This document shows, piece after piece, positions 47,643-57,105 of a DNA stretch of 64,000 nt. The notes below the pieces were generated by a model. That model saw only the letters and a program-made list of their open reading frames with translations, did no database searches and was not told the DNA's origin. Source of the stretch: Rubripirellula sp. (lineage in GTDB: Bacteria > Planctomycetota > Planctomycetia > Pirellulales > Pirellulaceae); assembly GCA_965216875.1 (NCBI GenBank), contig OZ244207.1, forward strand, positions 4,928,001-4,992,000, written 5' to 3'. Both the position numbers and the translations under genes were made by a program. Positions within the stretch are counted from its first letter, which is position 1. Each line of letters opens with the position of its first letter.

Positions 47643-48911
47643 ATGCATGTTATCGACCGCCGTCGTAACCCGACGTCCAAAAACCTTGGCAATCGACAGC
47701 GGTTTGTCCGTCGCGTCAAGTCACACATTCGCAAAGCGGTAAGTGACTCGATTCGCAAACGCAAAGTCGCCGACCTTGAGGGTGGCCAAGAGATCTCAAT
47801 TGACGCCAAAGACATTCGTGAACCCGCCTTTGGTTATGACCGCGCCGTGGGAAACCGCGACTATGTATTGCCCGGAAACAAGCGATACCAACGCGGGGAC
47901 CAGATCCAAAAACCTGGATCGGGCGGAGGCAGCGGAAGCAACGGCAGCCCTGATGGTGAGGGCGAAGACAACTTCGTCTTCGCGCTCACGAGCGACGAGT
48001 TCCTGGACCTCTTCTTCGAGGACCTCCAGCTGCCCAATCTGGCGAAGCGAAAACTCAAGTCGATGGCCACGCCGGCATGGTCGCGGGCAGGCTACACAAG
48101 CGATGGCGCACCTCAACGACTGAACACTTCCGAGACGATGCGGCGTTCGCTCGCCCGTCGCATCGCCATGCGACGCCCACGACTGTCCGATCGCGAAGAA
48201 CTCGAGGAGAGACTAGCCAAAGCCGAAGAGGAAGGTGACGAAGATCAGATCGCGCGCATCCGCGAGGAACTTGCCACGGTCAAGAAACGCATGAGCTCGG
48301 TCGCGTTTATCGACAACGTTGACCTTCGATACAACCGATTCGATCGCACACCACGCCCAACCACCCAAGCGGTGATGTTCTGCTTGATGGACACTTCAGC
48401 ATCGATGACCGAGGAACTCAAGGACCTTGCCAAACGCTTCTACATGCTGCTGCATCTGTTTCTGAAGCGTCACTATCGCTCAGTCGATATAGTTTTCATT
48501 CGTCACACCTACACCGCATCCGAGGTGGACGAGGAAACGTTCTTCTACGGGCGAGAAACCGGCGGCACCATCGTGTCATCAGCACTCCTCGAAATGAAAC
48601 GCATCGTTCAAGAACGTTACCCGATCGATGACTGGAACATTTACGCCGCCCAAGCGTCGGATGGACACAATTTTGACCATGACATGCCGTTGACGCTCAA
48701 TTTGCTCGAACAGAGCATTTTGCCGATGTGTCAGTACTATGCCTACATCGAAGTGGGTGACGAAGATCCGTCGTTCGACAGCCTGTTGTGGCAAGGTTAC
48801 GAATCGCTCGTCGTTCGTCACGAACAGTTTGCCCGCGCGATGGTTCAAGCCCCCGAAGATATCTTCCCCGTCTTTCACGATCTATTCACAAGTAAGTCCA
48901 CGCACGCGTAA
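47643..48911 (+). CDS. yeaH: YeaH/YhbH (DUF444) vWA-like protein
   Basis: IDRRRN..KNLGNRQRF, AVMFCLMDTSASM, ETGGTIVSSAL, WNIYAAQASDG. Confidence 0.96.
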   Translation: MHVIDRRRNPTSKNLGNRQRFVRRVKSHIRKAVSDSIRKRKVADLEGGQEISIDAKDIREPAFGYDRAVGNRDYVLPGNKRYQRGDQIQKPGSGGGSGSNGSPDGEGEDNFVFALTSDEFLDLFFEDLQLPNLAKRKLKSMATPAWSRAGYTSDGAPQRLNTSETMRRSLARRIAMRRPRLSDREELEERLAKAEEEGDEDQIARIREELATVKKRMSSVAFIDNVDLRYNRFDRTPRPTTQAVMFCLMDTSASMTEELKDLAKRFYMLLHLFLKRHYRSVDIVFIRHTYTASEVDEETFFYGRETGGTIVSSALLEMKRIVQERYPIDDWNIYAAQASDGHNFDHDMPLTLNLLEQSILPMCQYYAYIEVGDEDPSFDSLLWQGYESLVVRHEQFARAMVQAPEDIFPVFHDLFTSKSTHA

Positions 48912-48922
48912 GGGAGCAATCC

Positions 48923-50467
48923 ATGGCTGGCAAGTTGCTCTACAGCGGTTCCGAGTGGGATTTCGAAACGATCCAGCGGGTATACGAAGCTGTCGAACAG
49001 GTCGCTATCGAAAACCTGGGACTTGACGTCTACCGCAACCAAATTGAGGTGATCACTTCCGAGCAGATGCTCGATGCCTACGCGGCGATCGGTATGCCGC
49101 TGATGTACCGGCACTGGTCCTTTGGGAAGAAGTTTGCGCGAGAAGAGCTGCTCTATCGCAAAGGGGCTCAAGCACTGGCCTACGAACTTGTGATCAACTC
49201 CGATCCGTGCGTCTCGTACGTGATGGAAGAAAACTCGATGACGATGCAAACGCTCGTCATCGCGCACGCGGCCTTTGGACACAACCACTTCTTCAAGAAC
49301 AACCACTTGTTTCAGCAGTGGACGCGAGCTGATCGCGTGCTCGACCACCTCGCTTATGCAAAGGAGTTCATTGCCGGATGCGAACGCAAACACGGACTCG
49401 ATGCAGTTGAGAGCTTGCTCGATTCGGCACACGCACTCATGACACAAGGCGTGAGTCGGTATCAACCCAACCAATCGAAAAGCCAGGCTGATGAGTTGGC
49501 CAAATCACTCGCGCGACATGAGCACCACCAACAGACCTTCAACGACCTTTGGCGGACGGTCCCAACGCTCAAACAGGAAGACGAGCTGAGTGAGACGGAA
49601 AAACACAAAGAAGCCGAAACGCGAGCGATTCAACAAAAGCTTGACCTTCCCGAGGAAAACCTGCTTCGTTTTCTCGCCGAACACGCTCCGAAGCTCGCCG
49701 ACTGGCAACGCGAAATCCTGAACATCGTGAGCGGGCTCGCTCAATACTTTTACCCGCAGCGCCAAACCAAGCTGATGAATGAAGGCTGCGCGACCTTCAC
49801 TCACTACCAGATCATGAATCAGCTCTACGACGATGGCCGGATCGACGAGGGGGCGATGCTCGAGTTTTTGCACATGCATTCGGCCGTGGTGACTCAACCC
49901 AGATTCAACAGCCGGCGATTCTCGGGCATCAATCCGTACGCGCTCGGATTTGCCATGATGCGAGACATCGAACGAATCTGCACGGCACCGACCGACGAGG
50001 ACAAAGATTGGTTTCCCGAAATCGCCGGAAACCAGCGTCCGCGAGAAACGCTGCGGGATGCTTGGGCCGAATACCGGGACGAGAGTTTCGTCTTGCAATT
50101 CCTAAGCCCCACGCTGATTCGCGAGATGCACTTGTTTGCCGTCGATGACGAATCGGAATCACATTACTTATCCGTATCAGCGATTCACGATGAAGCAGGT
50201 TATCGCGAGATCCGCCGTCGACTTGCCGCGCAATATGATCTGCTTCGGCAAGAACCGAAAATCGAAGTTACCAACGCCGACCTTGCCGGCAATCGTCGCC
50301 TGGTTCTGACACACCGTGTCCGCGAGGAGCGTGTCTTGGAAAAAGAGGAATGCAATCGCACGCTGCGCCATGTCGCCAACCTATGGGGATACCGTGTGCG
50401 ACTCGTCGAAGTCGACGATGAAACCGGCAAGACATTGAACGAATACGATTCAGTCCCCATGCCGTAG
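48923..50467 (+). CDS. spoVR: SpoVR/YcgB family protein
   Basis: GMPLMYRHWSFGK, AYELVINSDP, HAAFGHNHFFKNN, QTKLMNEGCATF. Confidence 0.96.
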   Translation: MAGKLLYSGSEWDFETIQRVYEAVEQVAIENLGLDVYRNQIEVITSEQMLDAYAAIGMPLMYRHWSFGKKFAREELLYRKGAQALAYELVINSDPCVSYVMEENSMTMQTLVIAHAAFGHNHFFKNNHLFQQWTRADRVLDHLAYAKEFIAGCERKHGLDAVESLLDSAHALMTQGVSRYQPNQSKSQADELAKSLARHEHHQQTFNDLWRTVPTLKQEDELSETEKHKEAETRAIQQKLDLPEENLLRFLAEHAPKLADWQREILNIVSGLAQYFYPQRQTKLMNEGCATFTHYQIMNQLYDDGRIDEGAMLEFLHMHSAVVTQPRFNSRRFSGINPYALGFAMMRDIERICTAPTDEDKDWFPEIAGNQRPRETLRDAWAEYRDESFVLQFLSPTLIREMHLFAVDDESESHYLSVSAIHDEAGYREIRRRLAAQYDLLRQEPKIEVTNADLAGNRRLVLTHRVREERVLEKEECNRTLRHVANLWGYRVRLVEVDDETGKTLNEYDSVPMP

Positions 50468-50523
50468 CACTCACGGCCCGTGCCCCACATCTGCACACGG
50501 CGGACAGCCCCGACTGAAAACAG

Positions 50524-50775
50524 AGAGAACCACTAATCTCCTCAAATCGCCACTAATCTTTGTACTACTCATCTTCCCACTCTCTGATCAGTGTTCGATC
50601 AGCGGAGATGAGTGTTCCGCCCCCGAGCCTGACGAACCGTGTGTTGTGAGAATGCCGTTAGCAAGTAACAACGCTGACACCCAAAAACGTCAGCTGAGAA
50701 CCACTGATCGCCTCTAATCGCCACTCATCTTCCCACTCTCTGATCAGTGTTCGATCAGCGAAGATAAGTGTTCCC
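50524..50775. repeat. Two direct copies of an imperfect palindromic element
   Basis: ACTCATCTTCCCACTCTCTGATCAGTGTTCGATCAGCG at about 50567 and 50724, each preceded by AACCACT(A/G)ATC..AATCGCCACT. Lies between convergent genes. Confidence 0.8.
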
Positions 50776-50817
50776 GCCTTGCGTACGTTACGAACTGTGT
50801 AAGGATTGCAATCGAGG

Positions 50818-53800
50818 CTAGCTTCCAAAGTTGGAACGGAACGCGGCGAAGTCAAAGAGGTTCACCGCTCCATTGCCATCGTTGTCGAATTCGGGAAGAA
50901 ATGCAGGGTCGGCGGCGGGTTTGTTGTAGGTCCCGCGGAAGGCTGCAAAATCAAACAGGTCGACGATCCCGTTGCCGTTCCGATCGCCATATTTGCGATA
51001 GAAATTGTCGGCCGCAATCTCACCAAACACTCGGTCATCGCCATTAGCGCCATCACCGTTTCCGTCCAGGGACGCGCCACCACGGGAAATCCGTGATGCA
51101 TCAATGGTCAATTGATAGTCCCCATCCAACAACGTCCCGGAGGCATGGACCGATGGGCCCGTTGTGAACGTGAAGCGAACCACCGTCTTGCCGTCAACGA
51201 TGCTTACAACTGGCACATCAGCAACAGCTTGGCCCGTGCCTTTGTTGATGAAACGGAACGGATCGCCGTTCGAATCGTCAATATCAACGTGCGAATCAAA
51301 AGAAACGGTCACTGAATCGACTCGGGATCGTTGGGTTGCGCCATCATTGACTGTGATCGTTTCCACAGTTGGGGCAGCACCGATCGATACGCTGTAGTCT
51401 TCGACTTCCCCGTCGCCGGCTAGCCGCGTGGGCAAAAGGTTCCCGCTGGATGAGATCCGGATCCGCATGGCCGTGTCGCCTGACACTGCGCTAGCTGGCA
51501 CGTTGATCCCCAGATCATTGCTGCCTGCATCGACTGCGATTGACGTGCCACCGTCGAGGTGTTCGGCGGGATGGTCAAACAGGCCGTTGCCGTCAAAGTC
51601 GATCCAAGCGTCGACCAACGCGGGTTCTGACGCAGTGATCGTGGCGGACGCAGTCGCGCCCGCCATCAAAGTGCCGATCGTCACGAGGCCATCTTCATCA
51701 TCGCCACCGTCCGCGTCGTCACCCTGAGCGTTGGAGGTAGGCTGGCCATCCGCGTCCGCATCCACTGCGATCCCCAAGACTGGGCCCCCCACCAGAATAT
51801 GGTGCGGACCAGAAGAAGCTTGCAGTGTCCCAAAACTATCCTCGGCGTCGCCGTAATCCACCGGCACATGGGTCACAACGAACTGATCAAATCGATCAAA
51901 GGTGGCGCCGGTGTTCCCAGTATCGACTAACAATTGATAGAGAAGCGGAAGGTCGTTGATATCAACGAGCCCATCGCCGTTGAAATCGGCGGCTGGATTG
52001 AACAAATCGTTTTCTGAGAGATAGATCGCTTCGAAGGCAGCCATGTCATCTGGATCGACGTCACCATCGACATCGAGGTCACCCAAGCCCGCTCCAAAGA
52101 TCGTCGACGTGAATTGCCCTGGGAACCTTTGAACATTGACGTTGCCCGACATCTCGAACGTCACGGTTGTGATCACATGATTACCGTGCGTCAGGCCACC
52201 GAAGTCTTTGGTGAACAGATCACGATCGACTTTGTTGGCTTGACTATTCCCATCAAGCATTGCGATCACTTCTGCGTCGGACAAACCGGCCGGCAAATTG
52301 AGGAATGCATGAATGTTGTCGCCCGTTAAATCGTGCCGCACTTCCAGACGGCGGTCTTGATTGATCCCCGCAACGATCGGATCAAAACGAACCAACTGTG
52401 ATTCGGGCGGGAGTCGATCGACATAGATGGACTTTTTGAATGAACTATAGATCGCGTCACCTTCGCCAGGTTCACGATGGCGAAATGCGCGAACTTCCAA
52501 AAAGTGCATGCCTTCACTAAGCGTGGTTGCATCGATTGTTTGTCGGTAGGTGCCGTTGCCGTCAGCTTCAAAGAATCCAGGCTCCTTCTGCGTGACAAAC
52601 TCTTCGAATCCTGTCGAGACACCGCCGCCGCCAACAAAGTCAACGAAACCGTTGCCGTTCAAGTCGATGCCTGAATCAAGCTTAAGGAGCGCGTTGTCGC
52701 CGTCGGCAAACTGATCACGCACCGAACCAAGATGATTGACGGCAAACGTGTCAAGTTGAACATCAAACGCATCGGCGCTGATCACATCAATGCCGGCGAC
52801 ACGCGTCGTCCCGTTGGTTTCTGGTGTTCCGGAAGAGCCGTTCAAAGTGGCGGACACGTTTGTCAGGCTCAGTGCGCCCTGGGGTCCGGAGGGACCATAG
52901 ATGAAATAGCCGGTATCGTGGTGCGTGCCGTTTGGTGCAACGTTTCGTGGCACGCGAAGGTTGACGGTGCCGTCTTGGTTGACCACCAATACTTCCGGGA
53001 AGTCGTTGAACGGATCGATCGTGCCATTGGCGGCATTGCCCGTCAGATCAACCAGCGGTGTGCCTGGAGCGAAATTCGTCTGAATCGTCCGACTGTCAAA
53101 ACCGGCGTCGAGCCGATTGCTCAACACGACCAGCGACGACGCGTCACGCTCGAAGATCAACATCTCCTTCTCGTCGGCTCCCGGCGTTCGATCAATGTAG
53201 TTGCCGCGACCGTGGGTGTTGCGAATGCCAACGAGCTTGGTAATCGTTTCACCGAACTGGCCGCCAACCGCATCACCGCGACCATCCTTGGGAAAGTCTC
53301 GCCCGTCGCCAAATTGTTCTGCATTGAAATAGACGATTGCGTTGCCTGGCCGCATCAAGACGTACGCATGAGCGACGTTGCTTAGATGGGCACCCTCTTC
53401 GTCGTGACTGTTTACGAAGGCAACCCCTTGACTGCCGTTGTTGGCGAGTCCGTCGTCCTGGACATCTTGGCTGGCGTTCTTGATGTCGCGCCAATCGTTA
53501 ACGATACCGTTGCCGGTCAGGTTGTCGCGCATTGCAAAGAACAAAGGGAAGTCCAACGCGTCGCGGTTACCGCCAATCCGGCCTGGATCATTCGGGTTGA
53601 TGTCCTTTCGAATCAGATTTTGAATCGCCGCCTTATCACTCGAGAAGATCTCCGAAAACATGAATGTGTGTTCGGTGCTGCCATCGAGCAGTGGTGTTTG
53701 GATCGCCCGATAGACCGCCCGGTCCAAAAAGTTCAACACCCAATCGGGAAAGTGTTTGGCGGCATCCAACCGAAAACCATCCACGCCGATCTCTTGGATC

Positions 53801-54630
53801 ATCCACTGGGCATTTCGCATGATCAGCCCGAGAGCGTTTTCCGGAATCGGATCGCCAGCGCCAGGGTCTGATGTATTGAAGGGATAGACCGGGATGTCCG
53901 ATTCGCCAGTGGTCGGGTCGAACAACATGATCGGATCAAGATCGCGATCGGGATAAAACTGTGTGTTCGATGGATCGGGTTGATTTGCGATCGTCCCCGC
54001 AGGCAAGTTTCGATTGTCAGCCGGATCGACAGGATGCCGGATCAGTTGGTAGTTCTTTTCCTGAGCAATGTCGTTCAAGCCAGCCAAGCGGCCTTCGAGA
54101 TCGCCGCCAGAAAAGACACTGTGAAAGTCACCATCAATGTCGTCGTAGCCCTGTGAGTTGTTCCCTGCATTGAGCGTTAGTGCAAAGCCGGGATAGCCGC
54201 CTTGGGCAACAAAGTCAGGAGTGCTTAGGTCACGAAAGCCGTTGTGGTTGGGAATGAAGTCGGCGTAGACATTGAAGTCGGCATCATGCAACACATCGAC
54301 CAGCGTCTTGAGCCCTGTTTCTGTTCCATACAGCGTTGGATTGCCCGGGCCACCCAAGTCGAATCGATCGTAGACATCGTAGCCGACAGAGAAATTGCCT
54401 GAGTCGGCACGGCCAGTCGGAGGAATCCAAACCGCACCGTATCCAGCGTGGAAAAGATCCGCCGCGCGCTGCTCGGTGTTTTCGTACGTGCTTTCGAAAA
54501 TCTGCAGGATCGCTGGGGCGGAAGCATCGAGCATCTTTCGCTGCTCGAGTGGTTCGCACATCAATGCGCGAAACAGTCGACGCCGAGAGGGCGACAAACA
54601 AGAACTTGGTTTGCGGTGGGCTCGGTTCAC
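50818..54630 (-). CDS. Secreted GH13 alpha-amylase-family glycosidase with dockerin/EF-hand-like and GEVED domains
   Basis: Planctomycete extracellular signal RRRL..EPLEQRKML, GYDVYD, DFIPNH, GFRLDAAKH, SE, FVNSHD, DLDVDGDVD/DFNGDG, GEVEDY. Confidence 0.92.
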   Translation of the reverse strand: MNRAHRKPSSCLSPSRRRLFRALMCEPLEQRKMLDASAPAILQIFESTYENTEQRAADLFHAGYGAVWIPPTGRADSGNFSVGYDVYDRFDLGGPGNPTLYGTETGLKTLVDVLHDADFNVYADFIPNHNGFRDLSTPDFVAQGGYPGFALTLNAGNNSQGYDDIDGDFHSVFSGGDLEGRLAGLNDIAQEKNYQLIRHPVDPADNRNLPAGTIANQPDPSNTQFYPDRDLDPIMLFDPTTGESDIPVYPFNTSDPGAGDPIPENALGLIMRNAQWMIQEIGVDGFRLDAAKHFPDWVLNFLDRAVYRAIQTPLLDGSTEHTFMFSEIFSSDKAAIQNLIRKDINPNDPGRIGGNRDALDFPLFFAMRDNLTGNGIVNDWRDIKNASQDVQDDGLANNGSQGVAFVNSHDEEGAHLSNVAHAYVLMRPGNAIVYFNAEQFGDGRDFPKDGRGDAVGGQFGETITKLVGIRNTHGRGNYIDRTPGADEKEMLIFERDASSLVVLSNRLDAGFDSRTIQTNFAPGTPLVDLTGNAANGTIDPFNDFPEVLVVNQDGTVNLRVPRNVAPNGTHHDTGYFIYGPSGPQGALSLTNVSATLNGSSGTPETNGTTRVAGIDVISADAFDVQLDTFAVNHLGSVRDQFADGDNALLKLDSGIDLNGNGFVDFVGGGGVSTGFEEFVTQKEPGFFEADGNGTYRQTIDATTLSEGMHFLEVRAFRHREPGEGDAIYSSFKKSIYVDRLPPESQLVRFDPIVAGINQDRRLEVRHDLTGDNIHAFLNLPAGLSDAEVIAMLDGNSQANKVDRDLFTKDFGGLTHGNHVITTVTFEMSGNVNVQRFPGQFTSTIFGAGLGDLDVDGDVDPDDMAAFEAIYLSENDLFNPAADFNGDGLVDINDLPLLYQLLVDTGNTGATFDRFDQFVVTHVPVDYGDAEDSFGTLQASSGPHHILVGGPVLGIAVDADADGQPTSNAQGDDADGGDDEDGLVTIGTLMAGATASATITASEPALVDAWIDFDGNGLFDHPAEHLDGGTSIAVDAGSNDLGINVPASAVSGDTAMRIRISSSGNLLPTRLAGDGEVEDYSVSIGAAPTVETITVNDGATQRSRVDSVTVSFDSHVDIDDSNGDPFRFINKGTGQAVADVPVVSIVDGKTVVRFTFTTGPSVHASGTLLDGDYQLTIDASRISRGGASLDGNGDGANGDDRVFGEIAADNFYRKYGDRNGNGIVDLFDFAAFRGTYNKPAADPAFLPEFDNDGNGAVNLFDFAAFRSNFGS

Positions 54631-54781
54631 AAGTCTGAGACGATTGGCGGGCTAAGTAGGTGGTAATGAAGCCACTCAGTTTACTTAGTCGCAACCGCCG
54701 CTTGGCGATTCCCCCCCGGTAGGCCAAAGATGTTGGTTTCCCAGGAATCTGCGGCAAATGCCGCTGTCATCTCATGCGCAC

Positions 54782-55678
54782 TCAGGCCGCTTTGGCCCTG
54801 GTCGCAATTTGCTGATCACGCTCAATCACAGCCATGATGCTGTGACCACGGAGCTTGGTCTTGTTGGGGTAGAGTTTGAACGCCGACTTCACCAAGGGCT
54901 TGACGATCGCACGTCGAACCGACCGCCGCGGCAAATGCTCAATCAAACTATTGGCGTAACTGCTGTGATGATACTTCGCCAAAGGTTCGAATCGCACGTC
55001 GCGAAGCGAAAGCCCCAGCAACTTGCAGGTCTGTTCGTAAGACTGTTGGTCCAACCGACTCATGTGATGCGGAGGCATGTCCAACAAGTGCCAGTGAACA
55101 CGTTTGAAAAAGGAATCGGCATTGGGTGTGCAGAGAATCAAACGACCCTTGTCAGTCAAGACGCGCGACGCTTGGCGAACAAAGTCGACCGGATCGGGTA
55201 CGTGCTCAAGAACTTGAAACGCACAAACGATGTCGTAGCGACGATCGGTTTCTGCAACATGTTCGATTCGTGAATCGGTAACATCGAGCCCCTTGTCGCG
55301 GCAGATTTTTAACGCTTCTTCGTTGAACTCGATGCCCGACAGATTGTTGTATCCCGCATCACGGCACCGATCGAGAAAGCCACCGCCACCACAACCGATG
55401 TCCAAGATGGCTGCATCCTTGGAAAGCCCGCTGGGAAAACAATGGATCGCTTCCTGATACTCCCACTTTTCTTCCATGTAGTAGAAGTCGTTCTGGGCGA
55501 GCTGTTCGTAGAAGTTGCCCGACCCTGGCTGACAACCATCAAAACGCAAAATACCGCTCTCCGGGTCTCGCGCCAGGACAACTTGGTCGCCCTGAATGAA
55601 CTGCTCAATGTTGATACTGAAACTGTCTTGGTAACGCTTGACGAGTTCGTCCGAGTTCCAGGTAATCGATTCGGTCAT
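54782..55678 (-). CDS. Class I SAM-dependent methyltransferase
   Basis: ILDIGCGGG, FQVLEHVPDP, TPN, PPHH. Confidence 0.92.
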   Translation of the reverse strand: MTESITWNSDELVKRYQDSFSINIEQFIQGDQVVLARDPESGILRFDGCQPGSGNFYEQLAQNDFYYMEEKWEYQEAIHCFPSGLSKDAAILDIGCGGGGFLDRCRDAGYNNLSGIEFNEEALKICRDKGLDVTDSRIEHVAETDRRYDIVCAFQVLEHVPDPVDFVRQASRVLTDKGRLILCTPNADSFFKRVHWHLLDMPPHHMSRLDQQSYEQTCKLLGLSLRDVRFEPLAKYHHSSYANSLIEHLPRRSVRRAIVKPLVKSAFKLYPNKTKLRGHSIMAVIERDQQIATRAKAA

Positions 55679-55790
55679 GGAATAGCCTGAAGGCCAAAGA
55701 GTACGTGCGGAAGGAATTGCCCGTACCTCTTAGGAAAAATGCCCCCATGGCGTCAACATTGATGCGATCTGGATGCTGTTTCATCCGGCG

Positions 55791-56024
55791 TCAAAGCAAC
55801 TTACCAATGGCTGCGACGATCGCATCCTCACTTGGAAACTCGCCAGTCGCGAGCTTGGAATAGATCAGCTCACCGTCTACCGACACTTCAAAACAGCCAC
55901 CACTCGCCGGTTGAAGCTCAAGTCCGTCGAGCCGCTGTTTGTACTTCGTCAGAATCTTGGTCGCCAAACTGACGGCCTGCGGTTCGTAATTTCACGCTGC
56001 GCAATAACGCAAGTGGATCTTCAT
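55791..56024 (-). CDS. Rdx-family (SelW/SelT/SelH-like) selenoprotein, 77 aa, in-frame UGA at codon 11
   Basis: Manual translation: MKIHLRYCAA[TGA 55992-55994]NYEPQAVSLATKILTKYKQRLDGLELQPASGGCFEVSVDGELIYSKLATGEFPSEDAIVAAIGKLL. Shows CxxU and the GxFEV..DG.LIYSK...FP Rdx motif. Confidence 0.9.
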
Positions 56025-56230
56025 TTCGGCTTCCCGTTTCACTTGTGTTGTCCACACCCGTCGCCAGCAAAGAAGTTTAGCCGAGTTGCTTGCATTTAGC
56101 AGCATCCGAGCGAGCGGGGCTTCGACAGGCAGTATTGTGACCCAATTCGCATTTTGATAACCCGTCATTGTGACGGCACACGCACTTCCGCAATCAATTG
56201 CTAGCAGAACGCCTCCGCCAAGCAACCATC

Positions 56231-57028
56231 ATGTCAAAACTCTCTGACCTTAGTCGCAAACTACTGACGCGCGTGGGATTCCGTTCATCGGGATGGTTGC
56301 CGCAGACCATGCGGGCAGACGACGTATTCATTGTTGGCTATCCGAAATCAGGTAGCACTTGGATGCGTTTTCAGATTGCCAATCTATTGCGAGAACCTGA
56401 AGGCGAAGAGATCGACTTTCACAACTATCGATTCCACGTCCCGGCGGTTGGTTCTGAGCACGAAGAAGTCGCTGGCGATGGACCACGTGTCCTCTCGACG
56501 CACGCTCCCTATCAACGGCAGATGAAGAAGGTGATTTACATCGTGCGAGACGGCCGCGATGTTTATGTTTCGTTCTATCATCACCTCAAGAGAACGCTAC
56601 CACCGGGAACAACCTTCAGTGAATTCCTTGCTCAAAAACAGTGGCCCTGCCGTTGGTCCGAGCACGTCAACGGTTGGCTCGACAACGCCAGGTTGGATCA
56701 ACTGTTGCTGGTTCGGTATGAGGACATGTTCACCGATGGTGTTGAGCAGCTTGCGAGGGTCGCCGAATTCGCAGGCTTGGATCGCAGTCGTGATCAAATT
56801 GCCGATGCCGTCGCACGATCAAGTTTCGATCGCATGAAACGAACCGAAACCGAAAAGGGTCGGTACAACAGCGAAGAAGGCCCCAAGAACTTTGTACGCA
56901 AAGGGGTCGCGGGCGATTGGACGACCACCTTCTCGCCAGCCGACATCGAACTCTTCAACGATTTGGAAGGATCGGGAATGAATCGTATGGGTTACCGGCT
57001 AATCGCTTCGAATCAACAAGCGGCCTAA
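56231..57028 (+). CDS. PAPS-dependent sulfotransferase
   Basis: 5'-PSB YPKSGSTW, 3'-PB YIVRDGRDVYVS, RYED, RKGVAGDW. Confidence 0.95.
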   Translation: MSKLSDLSRKLLTRVGFRSSGWLPQTMRADDVFIVGYPKSGSTWMRFQIANLLREPEGEEIDFHNYRFHVPAVGSEHEEVAGDGPRVLSTHAPYQRQMKKVIYIVRDGRDVYVSFYHHLKRTLPPGTTFSEFLAQKQWPCRWSEHVNGWLDNARLDQLLLVRYEDMFTDGVEQLARVAEFAGLDRSRDQIADAVARSSFDRMKRTETEKGRYNSEEGPKNFVRKGVAGDWTTTFSPADIELFNDLEGSGMNRMGYRLIASNQQAA

Positions 57029-57105
57029 GTTTGTGGTAGCAACACCGCACTGTCCGTAGCTCGCAACGGCGAATCGCGGCTATCCAATGTCATGCGGAGC
57101 ATGAC

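Noticed and set aside
55992..56225. 77-aa ORF in the track ending ...MKIHLRYCAA
   Set aside because: Its upstream part is spurious. The real gene starts at 56024 and reads through the TGA.
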